From the NCBI GenBank assembly GCA_963675245.1, contig OY775910.1:1248001-1312000 (forward strand): a stretch of 64,000 nt of DNA, in the 5' to 3' direction. The position numbers and the translations under genes were made by a program. The notes under the pieces are model-generated. The model did not search any database, was not told the origin of the DNA, and worked only from the letters and a program-made list of their open reading frames with translations. Position 1 is the first letter of the stretch. Each line of letters begins with the position of its first letter. Positions 18,019 to 27,589 of this stretch are shown in pieces. Origin of the DNA: Acholeplasmataceae bacterium (GTDB taxonomy: Bacteria > Bacillota_I > Bacilli_A > Acholeplasmatales > Acholeplasmataceae).

Positions 18019-19044
18019 TTGTCTAAACAAACGATACTAAAAAAAGGTCCTCTATTGGATGAGAATGGTGATTTAGTTGAAAGTGGTTATCATACATCCC
18101 TTATTAAGGATTATCAAAGAAGTGCTTTAAAAACACCGCGTTATCGCTTAAAAGAATGGGATTATTACTATGTTGGTAATGATCGATATGGTATCGCAAC
18201 GACGTTAGCAGATAACGGTTATATGTGGCTCGCATCAGTAACGTTCTTTGATTTCGCGAATAAAGGTGAAGTGACAAAATCAAAAATGGGTTGGTTTAGA
18301 ACCCCTTTTATAATGTCGGAATCATCTGTTAATGGTGATGTAAAGTTTAAGAAAAAAGATTTCAGAATTAGTTATCAAGTGGCTAATCAAAAAAGGATTA
18401 TTAAGGTCAATATTCCAAGGTTTGCTAATACGGATACCTTATCAGCAACCATAGAATTAACACCACAAATTAATAATTCAATGGTGATTGTTACACCGTT
18501 TATAAAGCCTAAACATTTTTATTACAATCAGAAAATTAATTTGTTAAAAGCAAGCGGTCAAATTGTTTTTGGACCAAACTCTTATGATCTTAATGATAAC
18601 TGTTATGGTGTTCTCGACTGGGGTCGTGGTGTATGGGAATATAAAAACACATGGTATTGGTCATCATTAAGTGGCAAACAAGATGACCATTTTATAGGGT
18701 TTAATTTAGGGTATGGATTTGGGGTTACAGATAAAGCAACTGAGAACATGATCTTTTACGATCAAGAGGTTGTTAAACTTCATGATGTCGTTTTTGATAT
18801 ACCTAAAAAAGATAAAGAGGATGATTACTTAAAGACATGGCGGATATATGATAAAAAGGATCGTATTGCGTTAGAATTTACCCCTATTATTGATCGTCAT
18901 TCAAAGACAAGTGCTCTTGTTATATCATCCAATCAACATCAGGTGTTCGGTTTCTTTAAGGGCTATTTCAGGCTAGAAAACGGCAATAAAGTGAATATCA
19001 AAAATATGATTGGTTTTGCTGAAAAAGTATCAAATCGTTGGTAA
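18019..19044 (+). CDS. DUF2804-family protein
   Basis: RLKEWDYY, LDWGRGVW, WYWS, GFNLGYGFG, TEN, QHQVFG. Confidence 0.85.
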   Translation: MSKQTILKKGPLLDENGDLVESGYHTSLIKDYQRSALKTPRYRLKEWDYYYVGNDRYGIATTLADNGYMWLASVTFFDFANKGEVTKSKMGWFRTPFIMSESSVNGDVKFKKKDFRISYQVANQKRIIKVNIPRFANTDTLSATIELTPQINNSMVIVTPFIKPKHFYYNQKINLLKASGQIVFGPNSYDLNDNCYGVLDWGRGVWEYKNTWYWSSLSGKQDDHFIGFNLGYGFGVTDKATENMIFYDQEVVKLHDVVFDIPKKDKEDDYLKTWRIYDKKDRIALEFTPIIDRHSKTSALVISSNQHQVFGFFKGYFRLENGNKVNIKNMIGFAEKVSNRW

Positions 19045-19111
19045 ACTAACATATTCATTTAATCAGGTTAGGTCGTTGTGATATAATAATGACAACACTT
19101 GAGGTGATTGT

Positions 19112-19642
19112 ATGAAACTATCAACGGGTATGCAAGTCCCCATCCATAGCTATAAACATAATCGGATGCTTCATAGAATATGGAAAAAGACTGTTGTTCT
19201 CTATGAGGATAACCATGTATTGGTTACAGGACATCAAAAAACAAAAGTTATCGAACATGATGGTAGAAGTTGGTATACAAAAGAACCAGCCATATGTTAT
19301 TTCTATTCGGATTTTTGGTTTAATGTCATTGGTATGATTAAAAAAGACGGCGTACATTTTTACTGCAATTTGTCATCACCATATTTATATGATGGTGAAG
19401 CTATTAAATATATTGACTATGATCTGGATATCAAAGCATTTCCTAATCATACACATATTGTGCTAGACGAAAAAGAATATAAGATTCATATGAACAAAAT
19501 GGAATATCCGGATGATATCAAAGAAATTATCGAATCCCAATTTGAGATATTATTAAATCGTATTAAAAATCTCGAGTGTCCATTTGATGAATCAAATATT
19601 CATGCATACTATAATCAATACAAACGAATCATTAAAAAATAG
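19112..19642 (+). CDS. DUF402-family nucleoside tri/diphosphate phosphatase
   Basis: IHSYKHN..LHRIW, WFNVIGM, YCNLSSP, YIDYDLDIK. Confidence 0.88.
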   Translation: MKLSTGMQVPIHSYKHNRMLHRIWKKTVVLYEDNHVLVTGHQKTKVIEHDGRSWYTKEPAICYFYSDFWFNVIGMIKKDGVHFYCNLSSPYLYDGEAIKYIDYDLDIKAFPNHTHIVLDEKEYKIHMNKMEYPDDIKEIIESQFEILLNRIKNLECPFDESNIHAYYNQYKRIIKK

Positions 19643-21105
19643 GTTCTCTGTCAAGGATAGGGGTACCGAATAAGTAAATCAATGAAAAGCGTATTTTTAG
19701 GTGATTCATCTAAATGCGCTTTTTTATTATGCACTTAATGTGTAATCTTTGTTGTAAAGAAAGAGAATTCTAGATCTGAACCTGTTGAAATCAGTAAATC
19801 CATAAGCTGTTCTTTTAATGACTTTAATAAAGTTATTAATACCTTCGACAATGCCATTCGTCATCTTTTTACGTGTTTCAGGATGAAGGTCAAATGATTG
19901 AACGATTTCTTGACGCCAATTGATAATTGTTTTCTTAATATCTCTAAATTCTTTGGTGGTTGCGTGTCTGAGTAGATCAATGAATTGATTGATAAAAGCC
20001 GGTGCCTCTTCATAAGATAATGTTTCTATGCTGGTTTGAAAGAGATCTTTAAGATGAAAAGCTTCTTTTAAATCCGGGTGAAGATTAGCTGCGATATCAT
20101 GTAAGACATAATCATTAACATTTTGCTCTAAAAGATGATGGTAATAGTACTTGTCATTTAAGTCACTTGGTGACTTCATCAGTACTTTCCAATGCTTCTT
20201 TAAAATCTTATAGTTGATAGAATCCTCATCAAATGTTTTCATGATGCGTATTCTCACAGCGTTGAATGACCAATAGATATATCTTAAGAAGTGGAATGTG
20301 TCTGCGATAATGCGCGCATGAGGTAAATAAGCTTTCACGATATTCCGGTACGGTGCCCATAGGTCCATAATGACGTTTTTAACGTTGCTGCGCTCTTCAT
20401 AAGGGATTTGACTGAAATAGTTCTTTAACCAGTCTGTTCGTCTGTTTCTCATCACGTCTATCACTTTCTTGTTGATGGGATCACAGATGACAAAAGCGTA
20501 TTTACCATAGCCTAGGTTACGCTTTTTGAACTCATCAATGCTGATCGTTTCAGATAGTTTTAACCTGCTCGGTTGGATGTGTTTATCGATATGTCTCATC
20601 GCTGTTGGCACAGAGACATTCAAACGTTTCGCGATGGCTGTATAGCTTTGGACATATTCAGCTTCCCTTAAGATGTGATGCTTCGTGACATTGGATATCT
20701 TATTGAAACGCTCAACGAACTGATTAGGTTCTGGGAACCGCTTGTGGCAGTGTTTACAGACATACCGTCTTCGTCTGTATTTTAAATACACATGGTAGCC
20801 ATTGATGACACCATGCTTAATGACTCTATCTCTATAGTCGTGAACTTTAGAAGTGTAACTCCCACAATGTGGACATAATTGATAGCCTTGTGTGAATCTC
20901 AAATGGACATACATATCATTCTCAATGGTCTCAATTTGTCTAATCTTTAAGTGCTCGTCTTCAATTCTTAGTACTTTCTTGATATAATTGTCTTGCATAA
21001 GTAAACTCCTTATCTAAAGTGTGTGGTTACCTTTATTATAAGATTTACTTATGCTTTTTTATATCCCTTTATAAAATCATCCACCCCTAACATAATTATA
21101 GAGCC
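19642..21105 (-). mobile_element. ISL3-family insertion sequence, apparently intact (1464 bp)
   Basis: Imperfect IRs GGTTCTCTGTCAAGGATAGGGGT / GGCTCTATAATTATGTTAGGGGT; exact 8 bp target duplication AAAAAATA at 19634-19641 and 21106-21113. Confidence 0.92.
19727..20998 (-). CDS. ISL3-family transposase
   Basis: CPHCG..CKHC zinc finger, SIDEF, MDLW, DTFH, TNGIVEGINNFIKVIKRTAYGF. Confidence 0.96.
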   Translation of the reverse strand: MQDNYIKKVLRIEDEHLKIRQIETIENDMYVHLRFTQGYQLCPHCGSYTSKVHDYRDRVIKHGVINGYHVYLKYRRRRYVCKHCHKRFPEPNQFVERFNKISNVTKHHILREAEYVQSYTAIAKRLNVSVPTAMRHIDKHIQPSRLKLSETISIDEFKKRNLGYGKYAFVICDPINKKVIDVMRNRRTDWLKNYFSQIPYEERSNVKNVIMDLWAPYRNIVKAYLPHARIIADTFHFLRYIYWSFNAVRIRIMKTFDEDSINYKILKKHWKVLMKSPSDLNDKYYYHHLLEQNVNDYVLHDIAANLHPDLKEAFHLKDLFQTSIETLSYEEAPAFINQFIDLLRHATTKEFRDIKKTIINWRQEIVQSFDLHPETRKKMTNGIVEGINNFIKVIKRTAYGFTDFNRFRSRILFLYNKDYTLSA

Positions 21106-21113
21106 AAAAAATA

Positions 21114-21139
21114 AAAACAAACCATTGCGGTTTGTTTTT
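21114..21139. terminator. bidirectional terminator, originally shared by the DUF402 and GGDEF genes
   Basis: AAAACAAACC-ATTGC-GGTTTGTTTT. Confidence 0.7.
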
Positions 21140-22737
21140 TATTTGAAGATAGCAAAATTGTTTTTACCATGTTCTTTAATACTGTACATAGCCTGATCTG
21201 CAGCATTAATTAAATCATCGATAGTTTGCCCCTTATGATATACGGCAATACCGATTGAAACACCTAACGTTGTTTCTACTTCGTCAAATACAAATTTCAC
21301 TTTAAATGAATCTAAAATACGTTTGGCAATTTGTTTTAACGCAACTATATCATCTAGATCGTCAAACAATACGATGAATTCATCACCACCAACACGTGCC
21401 ACGATGTCATTATCTCTGACATGATCAGTAATCCGTTTAGCACTTTCTATCAATGATGCGTCACCAATCGCATGTCCAAATACATCATTAACGTTTTTAA
21501 AACCATCAAGATCAATAAACATCAGTGACATCCGCTTATGCCTACTCACATAAGATTCAATGGCTGACATAAGAAACGCACGGTTTGGGAGGCTGGTTAA
21601 ATAATCATGTTCAGATAAATATTTCAATGTATATATCCGTTCTTTTCTAGCAAATTCTATTTCATCAAATAATCTTGTCATGACATATGCAATGATCACT
21701 AAGAATGCACCAATAATCAAATAAGTATTCATGCGTTGCTGATATTCAGGTAAATTTCGATAGGCAAGTTGACTAAAAAGGATGTAAGACCCCGAACCTG
21801 AAGTAAGTATAATATCACCTGTTATTTGATTAGCAATGGTATTTGAAAATAATGTATCATCCATAGACATTGTCGTGTAAATATAGCCGTTTACGGTAAA
21901 CTGTTGAATGGTCGAATCTGTATAACTTAGGACATCAAAATCGTGATATTTATCAACTGTTTCATCAAGTTTATCATCAAACATAAATCCAAATTCAATT
22001 TCATCATTACCAGACATCAAATAGTAACCATCATCATTGATAATATCTATTTGGGATGCTTCATTTTGTTTTAATTGAGCAAGGCTATCAAAAATATCAT
22101 TGACTAAATAATTAACAACAAGGACACCTAGCAATTGATCTGAATCACTATAAATAGGTGTTGCGAATCGTAAGACTGGTTTATAGTCACCATCATTAAT
22201 TTCAATTTGACCATTTCCCACATTTAAATCAAGTCTAGATATATAGATGTAGTTATCATCTAAAAGAATTGATTCTGTAAAATAATAACGATCTGATTTA
22301 TCTTGTAGATCCACTTCATCTACGATGTAAGCTAAATCTTCGCCATTGTTGATTCGCACAATTTCCATTCCAGCTGTATTGAGAATACGCATCTGATCAA
22401 AATATTTAATAGATTGTGTAATGGTAAGCATACTGTTTTCTACGATTGCTTTTGCCTCTGGCGAAACAAACATCGTTGTTGAGCCATCCCATGCAAGTAC
22501 ATTGTTTTGAGTGATTAATTGTTTAATCACTTCAACATCCGAGGCTATACCGATTAATTCATCGGTGAAGGTTGCCTGATATGCATGAATGTCACTGCTT
22601 AATGAAATACGCATCTTGTCAAGAAAATTATTTTGTTCAATCCAAAACGATAAAAATAGTAAACTAAAAAAAACGACAATGATGAAAAAAAACATAAGAA
22701 GTGATTGTTTTACTTTACGAAAAAAGAGTATTTTCAT
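21139..22737 (-). CDS. membrane sensor diguanylate cyclase (Cache-like extracellular domain + GGDEF)
   Basis: Two TM helices around a DKSDRYYF..ISRLDLN..LRFATP sensor region; HDYLTSLPNR, DLDGFKNVND, RDND I-site, GGDEF. Confidence 0.92.
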   Translation of the reverse strand: MKILFFRKVKQSLLMFFFIIVVFFSLLFLSFWIEQNNFLDKMRISLSSDIHAYQATFTDELIGIASDVEVIKQLITQNNVLAWDGSTTMFVSPEAKAIVENSMLTITQSIKYFDQMRILNTAGMEIVRINNGEDLAYIVDEVDLQDKSDRYYFTESILLDDNYIYISRLDLNVGNGQIEINDGDYKPVLRFATPIYSDSDQLLGVLVVNYLVNDIFDSLAQLKQNEASQIDIINDDGYYLMSGNDEIEFGFMFDDKLDETVDKYHDFDVLSYTDSTIQQFTVNGYIYTTMSMDDTLFSNTIANQITGDIILTSGSGSYILFSQLAYRNLPEYQQRMNTYLIIGAFLVIIAYVMTRLFDEIEFARKERIYTLKYLSEHDYLTSLPNRAFLMSAIESYVSRHKRMSLMFIDLDGFKNVNDVFGHAIGDASLIESAKRITDHVRDNDIVARVGGDEFIVLFDDLDDIVALKQIAKRILDSFKVKFVFDEVETTLGVSIGIAVYHKGQTIDDLINAADQAMYSIKEHGKNNFAIFK

Positions 22738-22841
22738 AAGTATATCCCTTTCCCTAATACACTGTTATTTTATCACAGGTTTCTATAAGGTGACAATGAC
22801 AAAAAAAACTTCAACATAAATGTTAAAGTTTAATGACTAAA

Positions 22842-22916
22842 TGGAGCGGGCGAGGGGAATCGGACCCCCATCTTATGCATGGCAAGCATATATAATAACC
22901 ATTATACGACGCCCAC
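22842..22916 (-). tRNA. tRNA-Gly(GCC), with non-canonical positions
   Basis: TATGC-TTGCCAT-GCATA anticodon arm, U discriminator + CCA; T-loop TCCGATT and U2.G71 are atypical. Confidence 0.88.
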
Positions 22917-23041
22917 ATTCACTTGCCTTATTATAATAGCAAATATTTATAATCTTGTCAAGCGTTTGCTGTGTAAATTAATCACTTACGATAACATTAA
23001 AAAAAAACGTAACTATGCTATAATTAATTTGGAGTGATGAC

Positions 23042-24238
23042 ATGAAAAAATACCGTTTACTCATTTACATTTTAAGCTGTTTTATTATCGGATTTGTTTT
23101 CACATATCTCGTTTATATTGGCTTATGGACTAGGTTAATCGATGGTTTTTCAAATGTACCTTTTTGGTTATATTTATTGTTGATACCGATTGTTTTTTAT
23201 ATCACGCTAACACTTCATGAACTTGGTCATCTGATTGCATTTCGTGTGCAAGGAATTAGGATAAGAGCACTTTATTTAACGGTGTTCGTATTTTATAAAG
23301 ATGAGAAAAGTTGGCACTTTAAATTTGTCCCCAAGCTATGGGTTTTATTTGGTGGATTAGTTGTACCTGATCTTCCTCAAATCAAAAATGAAGAAGAAAT
23401 GAATCAAGTCGTAAAAAAATTCGCGATATCATTAATGGCTGCACCGATCGTTACTATTTCAGTCATGTCTTTGAGTATCTTAGTCTTTTTCTTCACTTGG
23501 GTTTTCTCTTCATTCGTTTTATGGTTTGGGATTATCACGATTTTTATGATTTACACGACGCTTTTGAGCATACTTTATATTTATACATTTAAATTAAATA
23601 CAAAACATCTATATGGTGATTTCGTAGCATATCGAAAAATGAAAGATGATCCATTATTCCAATTTGCTGAAATCTATCAATACTTATCATTTTCGTTAAG
23701 TGAAGACCATCATTCATATATCTATCAAAAAGCACAATCACTTATTGAAGCACAACCAAAACTTAATCATCAAATCTTTTTGATTGTAACTATTATGGCT
23801 TATTTAGACGGTGTGATTCATCAACATTTTCCTAATTCTGATACTATCTATCAAAGATTATCATCCCTTCCAATCAAACGTTTTGTGACTTCTGAAGAAG
23901 GGTTAACACTCGTTTATAACCTGGCTGAATATGAATATTTTTTAGGACATGTAGAAAATGCGTATCAAATTGTAGACGTTGCGGCTAAACAAGCAGGTAA
24001 ACGGATACCTATTAAAATGAAAGATTATTTAAAAAATAGAACTGAACATGTATTACATATTGCATATCATGATGAGTTTCTTAATGATAATGAAAACATA
24101 TATATAGGTCAAGGTTGGTTGTTTGAAGCTATTTCTGATCCGTATGAAGCAGCAAAGAAAGAACATAAAAAGTTGCCTTTCCAAATATATGCTTGTGACA
24201 TACCAGAAGTAAATGAAAAAATGCCTAGTGAAGACTAG
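23042..24238 (+). CDS. M50-like membrane zinc metalloprotease
   Basis: HELGH in a hydrophobic segment, GGLV, MAAP, distal GD motif. Confidence 0.65.
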   Translation: MKKYRLLIYILSCFIIGFVFTYLVYIGLWTRLIDGFSNVPFWLYLLLIPIVFYITLTLHELGHLIAFRVQGIRIRALYLTVFVFYKDEKSWHFKFVPKLWVLFGGLVVPDLPQIKNEEEMNQVVKKFAISLMAAPIVTISVMSLSILVFFFTWVFSSFVLWFGIITIFMIYTTLLSILYIYTFKLNTKHLYGDFVAYRKMKDDPLFQFAEIYQYLSFSLSEDHHSYIYQKAQSLIEAQPKLNHQIFLIVTIMAYLDGVIHQHFPNSDTIYQRLSSLPIKRFVTSEEGLTLVYNLAEYEYFLGHVENAYQIVDVAAKQAGKRIPIKMKDYLKNRTEHVLHIAYHDEFLNDNENIYIGQGWLFEAISDPYEAAKKEHKKLPFQIYACDIPEVNEKMPSED

Positions 24239-24256
24239 ACATTTAATAGGATTAAC

Positions 24257-24330
24257 TGGTGCCTCTAGTGAGAATCGAACTTACAATTCAGCCTTACCAT
24301 GGCTGCGTTTTACCATTAAACTATAGAGGC
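24257..24330 (-). tRNA. tRNA-Thr(GGT)
   Basis: GCCTCTA/TAGAGGC acceptor, CAGCC-ATGGTAA-GGCTG anticodon arm, GTTCGATT, ACCA. Confidence 0.93.
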
Positions 24331-24425
24331 GAATGCGCAATAACAATTATAAATGAATGTGATTTAAAAGTCAATTAAATGAAGCGGATAATGACAGATT
24401 AAATAAAGGAGTAGAAATTGACGCT

Positions 24426-25412
24426 ATGGCAAAATCAAATGTACAGAAAAAAATTGAAAAATATCAAAATATGTCGTCGACTAAACTGATTATCATCTTG
24501 GTCATTTTATTAGTAGCAGCATTTATTTATGTTTATACTTCAGGGCAAGAAGAACCTTATCAATATAGTTCAGAACAAGATGCTGAGACAGGTTATTACT
24601 ATTATCATTATGATGCGAGTGGTGATTACTATTATGAAGCGAATGATATGATTGGTGAACAGCTTATGTCACAACTTAATGTGATCATCAATCGCGGGTT
24701 TCAAAGCGTTGATTATGGTGAAATCAGATATTTATTGCAAACAGCTGATTTAAGTCTTGAAGATCCTACAAAAGTATGGACTATTTATGATGGTGAACTG
24801 GTTGACCCAACATGGGATGGTGGATCATATGAATCATGGAATAGAGAACATATCTGGCCAAACTCGCGTATGGGTGAAGAAGATAATGTTGTTAATAGTG
24901 ATGAGGGTATAGCGAGTGATGCGCATAATTTAAGAGCAGCAAAACCAAGAACGAATTCTACGAGAAATAATCGCTTTTATAGTGATGGTAGTGGTGAAGC
25001 GGCTATTATGTCTGATGGCGGTTATTATCCAGGTGATGACCACCGTGGAGATGTGGCTAGAATTTTATTTTATATGGCAACGATGTACGATTATTTAGTA
25101 TTAACTGATGATATGGACTTAATACCTGTGGATGCGACATACGATGATGGTTTAACGGCGATGGGTAAACTCTCGGTTTTACTTGAATGGCATAGACTAG
25201 ATCCAGTCTCTGATTTTGAAAAAGAACGAAATGACGTTATATTTGAGGCACAAGCTAATCGTAATCCATTTATTGATCATCCTGAATATGCTCATCTTAT
25301 TTGGGAAAACATGACGATTGATGATATCACTACACCTGCAAATAATGATACAACCGCCGCACTTTCAGGTATTTGGAAGGAGTCATATATATTATGGATG
25401 AGCATCAATTAA
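24426..25412 (+). CDS. membrane-anchored endonuclease I / Bsn-like His-Me finger nuclease
   Basis: N-terminal TM; WNREHIWP, DAHNLR, NSTRNN, RGDVARILFYM, WHRLDPV, QANRNPFIDHPE. Confidence 0.9.
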   Translation: MAKSNVQKKIEKYQNMSSTKLIIILVILLVAAFIYVYTSGQEEPYQYSSEQDAETGYYYYHYDASGDYYYEANDMIGEQLMSQLNVIINRGFQSVDYGEIRYLLQTADLSLEDPTKVWTIYDGELVDPTWDGGSYESWNREHIWPNSRMGEEDNVVNSDEGIASDAHNLRAAKPRTNSTRNNRFYSDGSGEAAIMSDGGYYPGDDHRGDVARILFYMATMYDYLVLTDDMDLIPVDATYDDGLTAMGKLSVLLEWHRLDPVSDFEKERNDVIFEAQANRNPFIDHPEYAHLIWENMTIDDITTPANNDTTAALSGIWKESYILWMSIN

Positions 25413-25780
25413 AAAAGGGACACTATGTAATTAGTGATCCAGCTTATATGATCTTAAAGAATCAAGAAGGCGATCAACTATTTCAACACTTAATCAATTT
25501 ATTTTATAAAGATGCAAATACATTTCATCACTTTATCATTGATCAATTAGATATATATATGTTTAGAACTTTGGGTGGTGATGGTATCTTTAATGGTGTC
25601 GGTACGGATTCTGGTTTAATCATGATTATTGAAACAAATCAACTGAAAGGTGATTTACGTTTTAGACAGGAATATTCAAGAGGAAAAATCATTCAATTTG
25701 ATAGTGAACGACCGGTCATAGCATGTGTAGAACAATTTGATTTAACACTCTCAAATGGTATCTTTATTCATACAGAATAA
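25394..25780 (+). CDS. hypothetical protein
   Basis: Open frame overlapping the nuclease stop, AAGGAG upstream, terminator after; YVISDPAY..GDG..TDSGLI motif. Confidence 0.7.
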   Translation: MDEHQLKKGHYVISDPAYMILKNQEGDQLFQHLINLFYKDANTFHHFIIDQLDIYMFRTLGGDGIFNGVGTDSGLIMIIETNQLKGDLRFRQEYSRGKIIQFDSERPVIACVEQFDLTLSNGIFIHTE

Positions 25781-25781
25781 T

Positions 25782-25804
25782 AAACTAGCGTATTCGCTAG
25801 TTTT
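25782..25804 (+). terminator. rho-independent terminator
   Basis: AAACTAGCG-TATT-CGCTAGTTTT. Confidence 0.7.
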
Positions 25805-25858
25805 CTTTTTTTAGAGGGTGAAATATGTTATCATAGTACATGTTAGAAGGAGTCCTCA

Positions 25859-27589
25859 ATGCGATATATTTTACAAATTATTAAACCATATTGGAAAAAA
25901 CTTACGGTCAGTTTAAGCCTTAAATCGTTAGGGGCATTATCTGATCTTGTTTTACCTTGGATTATTGCTTATATGTTAGATACGCAAATTCCTGCACTAG
26001 AGGCAAATAACCCTGACTTATGGCCATTATATCAATCAGGTATATTCATGGTTATGGTCGCGTTAATCGGTGTCTATTTTAATATTTCAGCGAATCGTAG
26101 AGCTGAAAGAATTGCTGCTGATGCAGTGAAAATCTTGAGACATGATTTATTTGAAAAAGTTGTGAGTTTATCAGCAAGACAAGTTGATCAACTGACAAGA
26201 CCTTCATTAATTTCAAGAATGACAACGGACACTTATAATATGTATACAGCTTCGGCTGGGATGCAACGTCTTGGCGTAAGAGCACCAGTGTTACTGATTG
26301 GTGGTATTGTGATGTCACTGTTTTTAGATCCTATGATGACGCTTGTTATGGTCGCTATATTGCCATTTATTGCACTTATTGTTTGGACAACATCACGTGT
26401 TGGTATTCCGCTATATAAGAAAACACAAAAATCAGTTGATAAGTTAATAAGAACATTACGAGAATATGTTACTGGAGCAAGAGTTGTGCGTGCATTATCG
26501 ATGAAAGACTATGAAGAAAATAGATTCGATCATTATAATGAAGAAACGGTAGATGCAGAATTAAAAGCAACGATAACAATGGCTAGAATCAATCCTTTAA
26601 TGCGTGTTGTGATGAACGTGGGACTTGTATTTGTCTTAGTAACTGGTGCTTTTCGTATTAATAGTTACCACGCTGAAACTGGAGAATTATTGGCTTTTGT
26701 AACATATTTCACAATTATATTAAATGCGATGATGGGTATCACTAGAGTATTTGTTATTTCATCTAGAGCATCTGCATCTGGAGAACGTATATTCGAAGTC
26801 ATCAATATGCCAATTGACTTACAAGAAGGACATGATGATTTAGTTAAAGATCTTAGAAAACCCCACATTAAATTTAGAGATGTTTCTTTTTCATATTTAC
26901 AACATAAATCAAATTTAGAACATGTCAATTTTGAAATTAAAAAAGGACAAACATTAGGAATTATCGGTGCGACGGGTTCTGGCAAAACGACGATTATTAA
27001 TTTGCTTATGCGATTTTATGATGTTGATCAAGGAGCGATAGAAATATATGGTAAAAACATTAAAAATATTAAACAAAATGCATTAAGATCAAGCATAGGG
27101 GTTGTTTTTCAAAATGACTTGATTTTTGCTGATTCGATTTACGGCAACATCCAATTTAATCGTGATCAAATTACAAATGAGGAAATAGAAGAAGCCACGC
27201 GTATTGCACAAGCAGATTTTGTATATGAAAAAGATGCTGATTTTGATTATCAAATGGCTCAAAAAGGTAGAAATTTATCAGGTGGACAAAAACAACGGGT
27301 ATTGATAGCGAGAGCAGTTGCAGGTAAACCAGACATTATTGTTTTAGATGACGCGTCTTCTGCCTTAGATTACGAAACCGATATGAGTATGCGCCAAGCG
27401 TTAAAAGATATGCTAAAAAATACGACTAAAATTGTGGTTGCACAACGCATTAGTAGTTTGAGAGATTCGGATTTAATATTATTAGTAGATGATGGGAAAA
27501 TCATTGCACAAGGCACACATGAATCACTCATGAAAACATCCAAAACATATAGAGAAATTGCCTCTTATCAATTAGGAGGTGAAGCCTAA
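25859..27589 (+). CDS. heterodimeric ABC exporter, subunit 1 (TMD+NBD)
   Basis: TM domain; GATGSGKT, LSGGQKQR, degenerate Walker B LDD and AQ switch. Confidence 0.92.
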   Translation: MRYILQIIKPYWKKLTVSLSLKSLGALSDLVLPWIIAYMLDTQIPALEANNPDLWPLYQSGIFMVMVALIGVYFNISANRRAERIAADAVKILRHDLFEKVVSLSARQVDQLTRPSLISRMTTDTYNMYTASAGMQRLGVRAPVLLIGGIVMSLFLDPMMTLVMVAILPFIALIVWTTSRVGIPLYKKTQKSVDKLIRTLREYVTGARVVRALSMKDYEENRFDHYNEETVDAELKATITMARINPLMRVVMNVGLVFVLVTGAFRINSYHAETGELLAFVTYFTIILNAMMGITRVFVISSRASASGERIFEVINMPIDLQEGHDDLVKDLRKPHIKFRDVSFSYLQHKSNLEHVNFEIKKGQTLGIIGATGSGKTTIINLLMRFYDVDQGAIEIYGKNIKNIKQNALRSSIGVVFQNDLIFADSIYGNIQFNRDQITNEEIEEATRIAQADFVYEKDADFDYQMAQKGRNLSGGQKQRVLIARAVAGKPDIIVLDDASSALDYETDMSMRQALKDMLKNTTKIVVAQRISSLRDSDLILLVDDGKIIAQGTHESLMKTSKTYREIASYQLGGEA

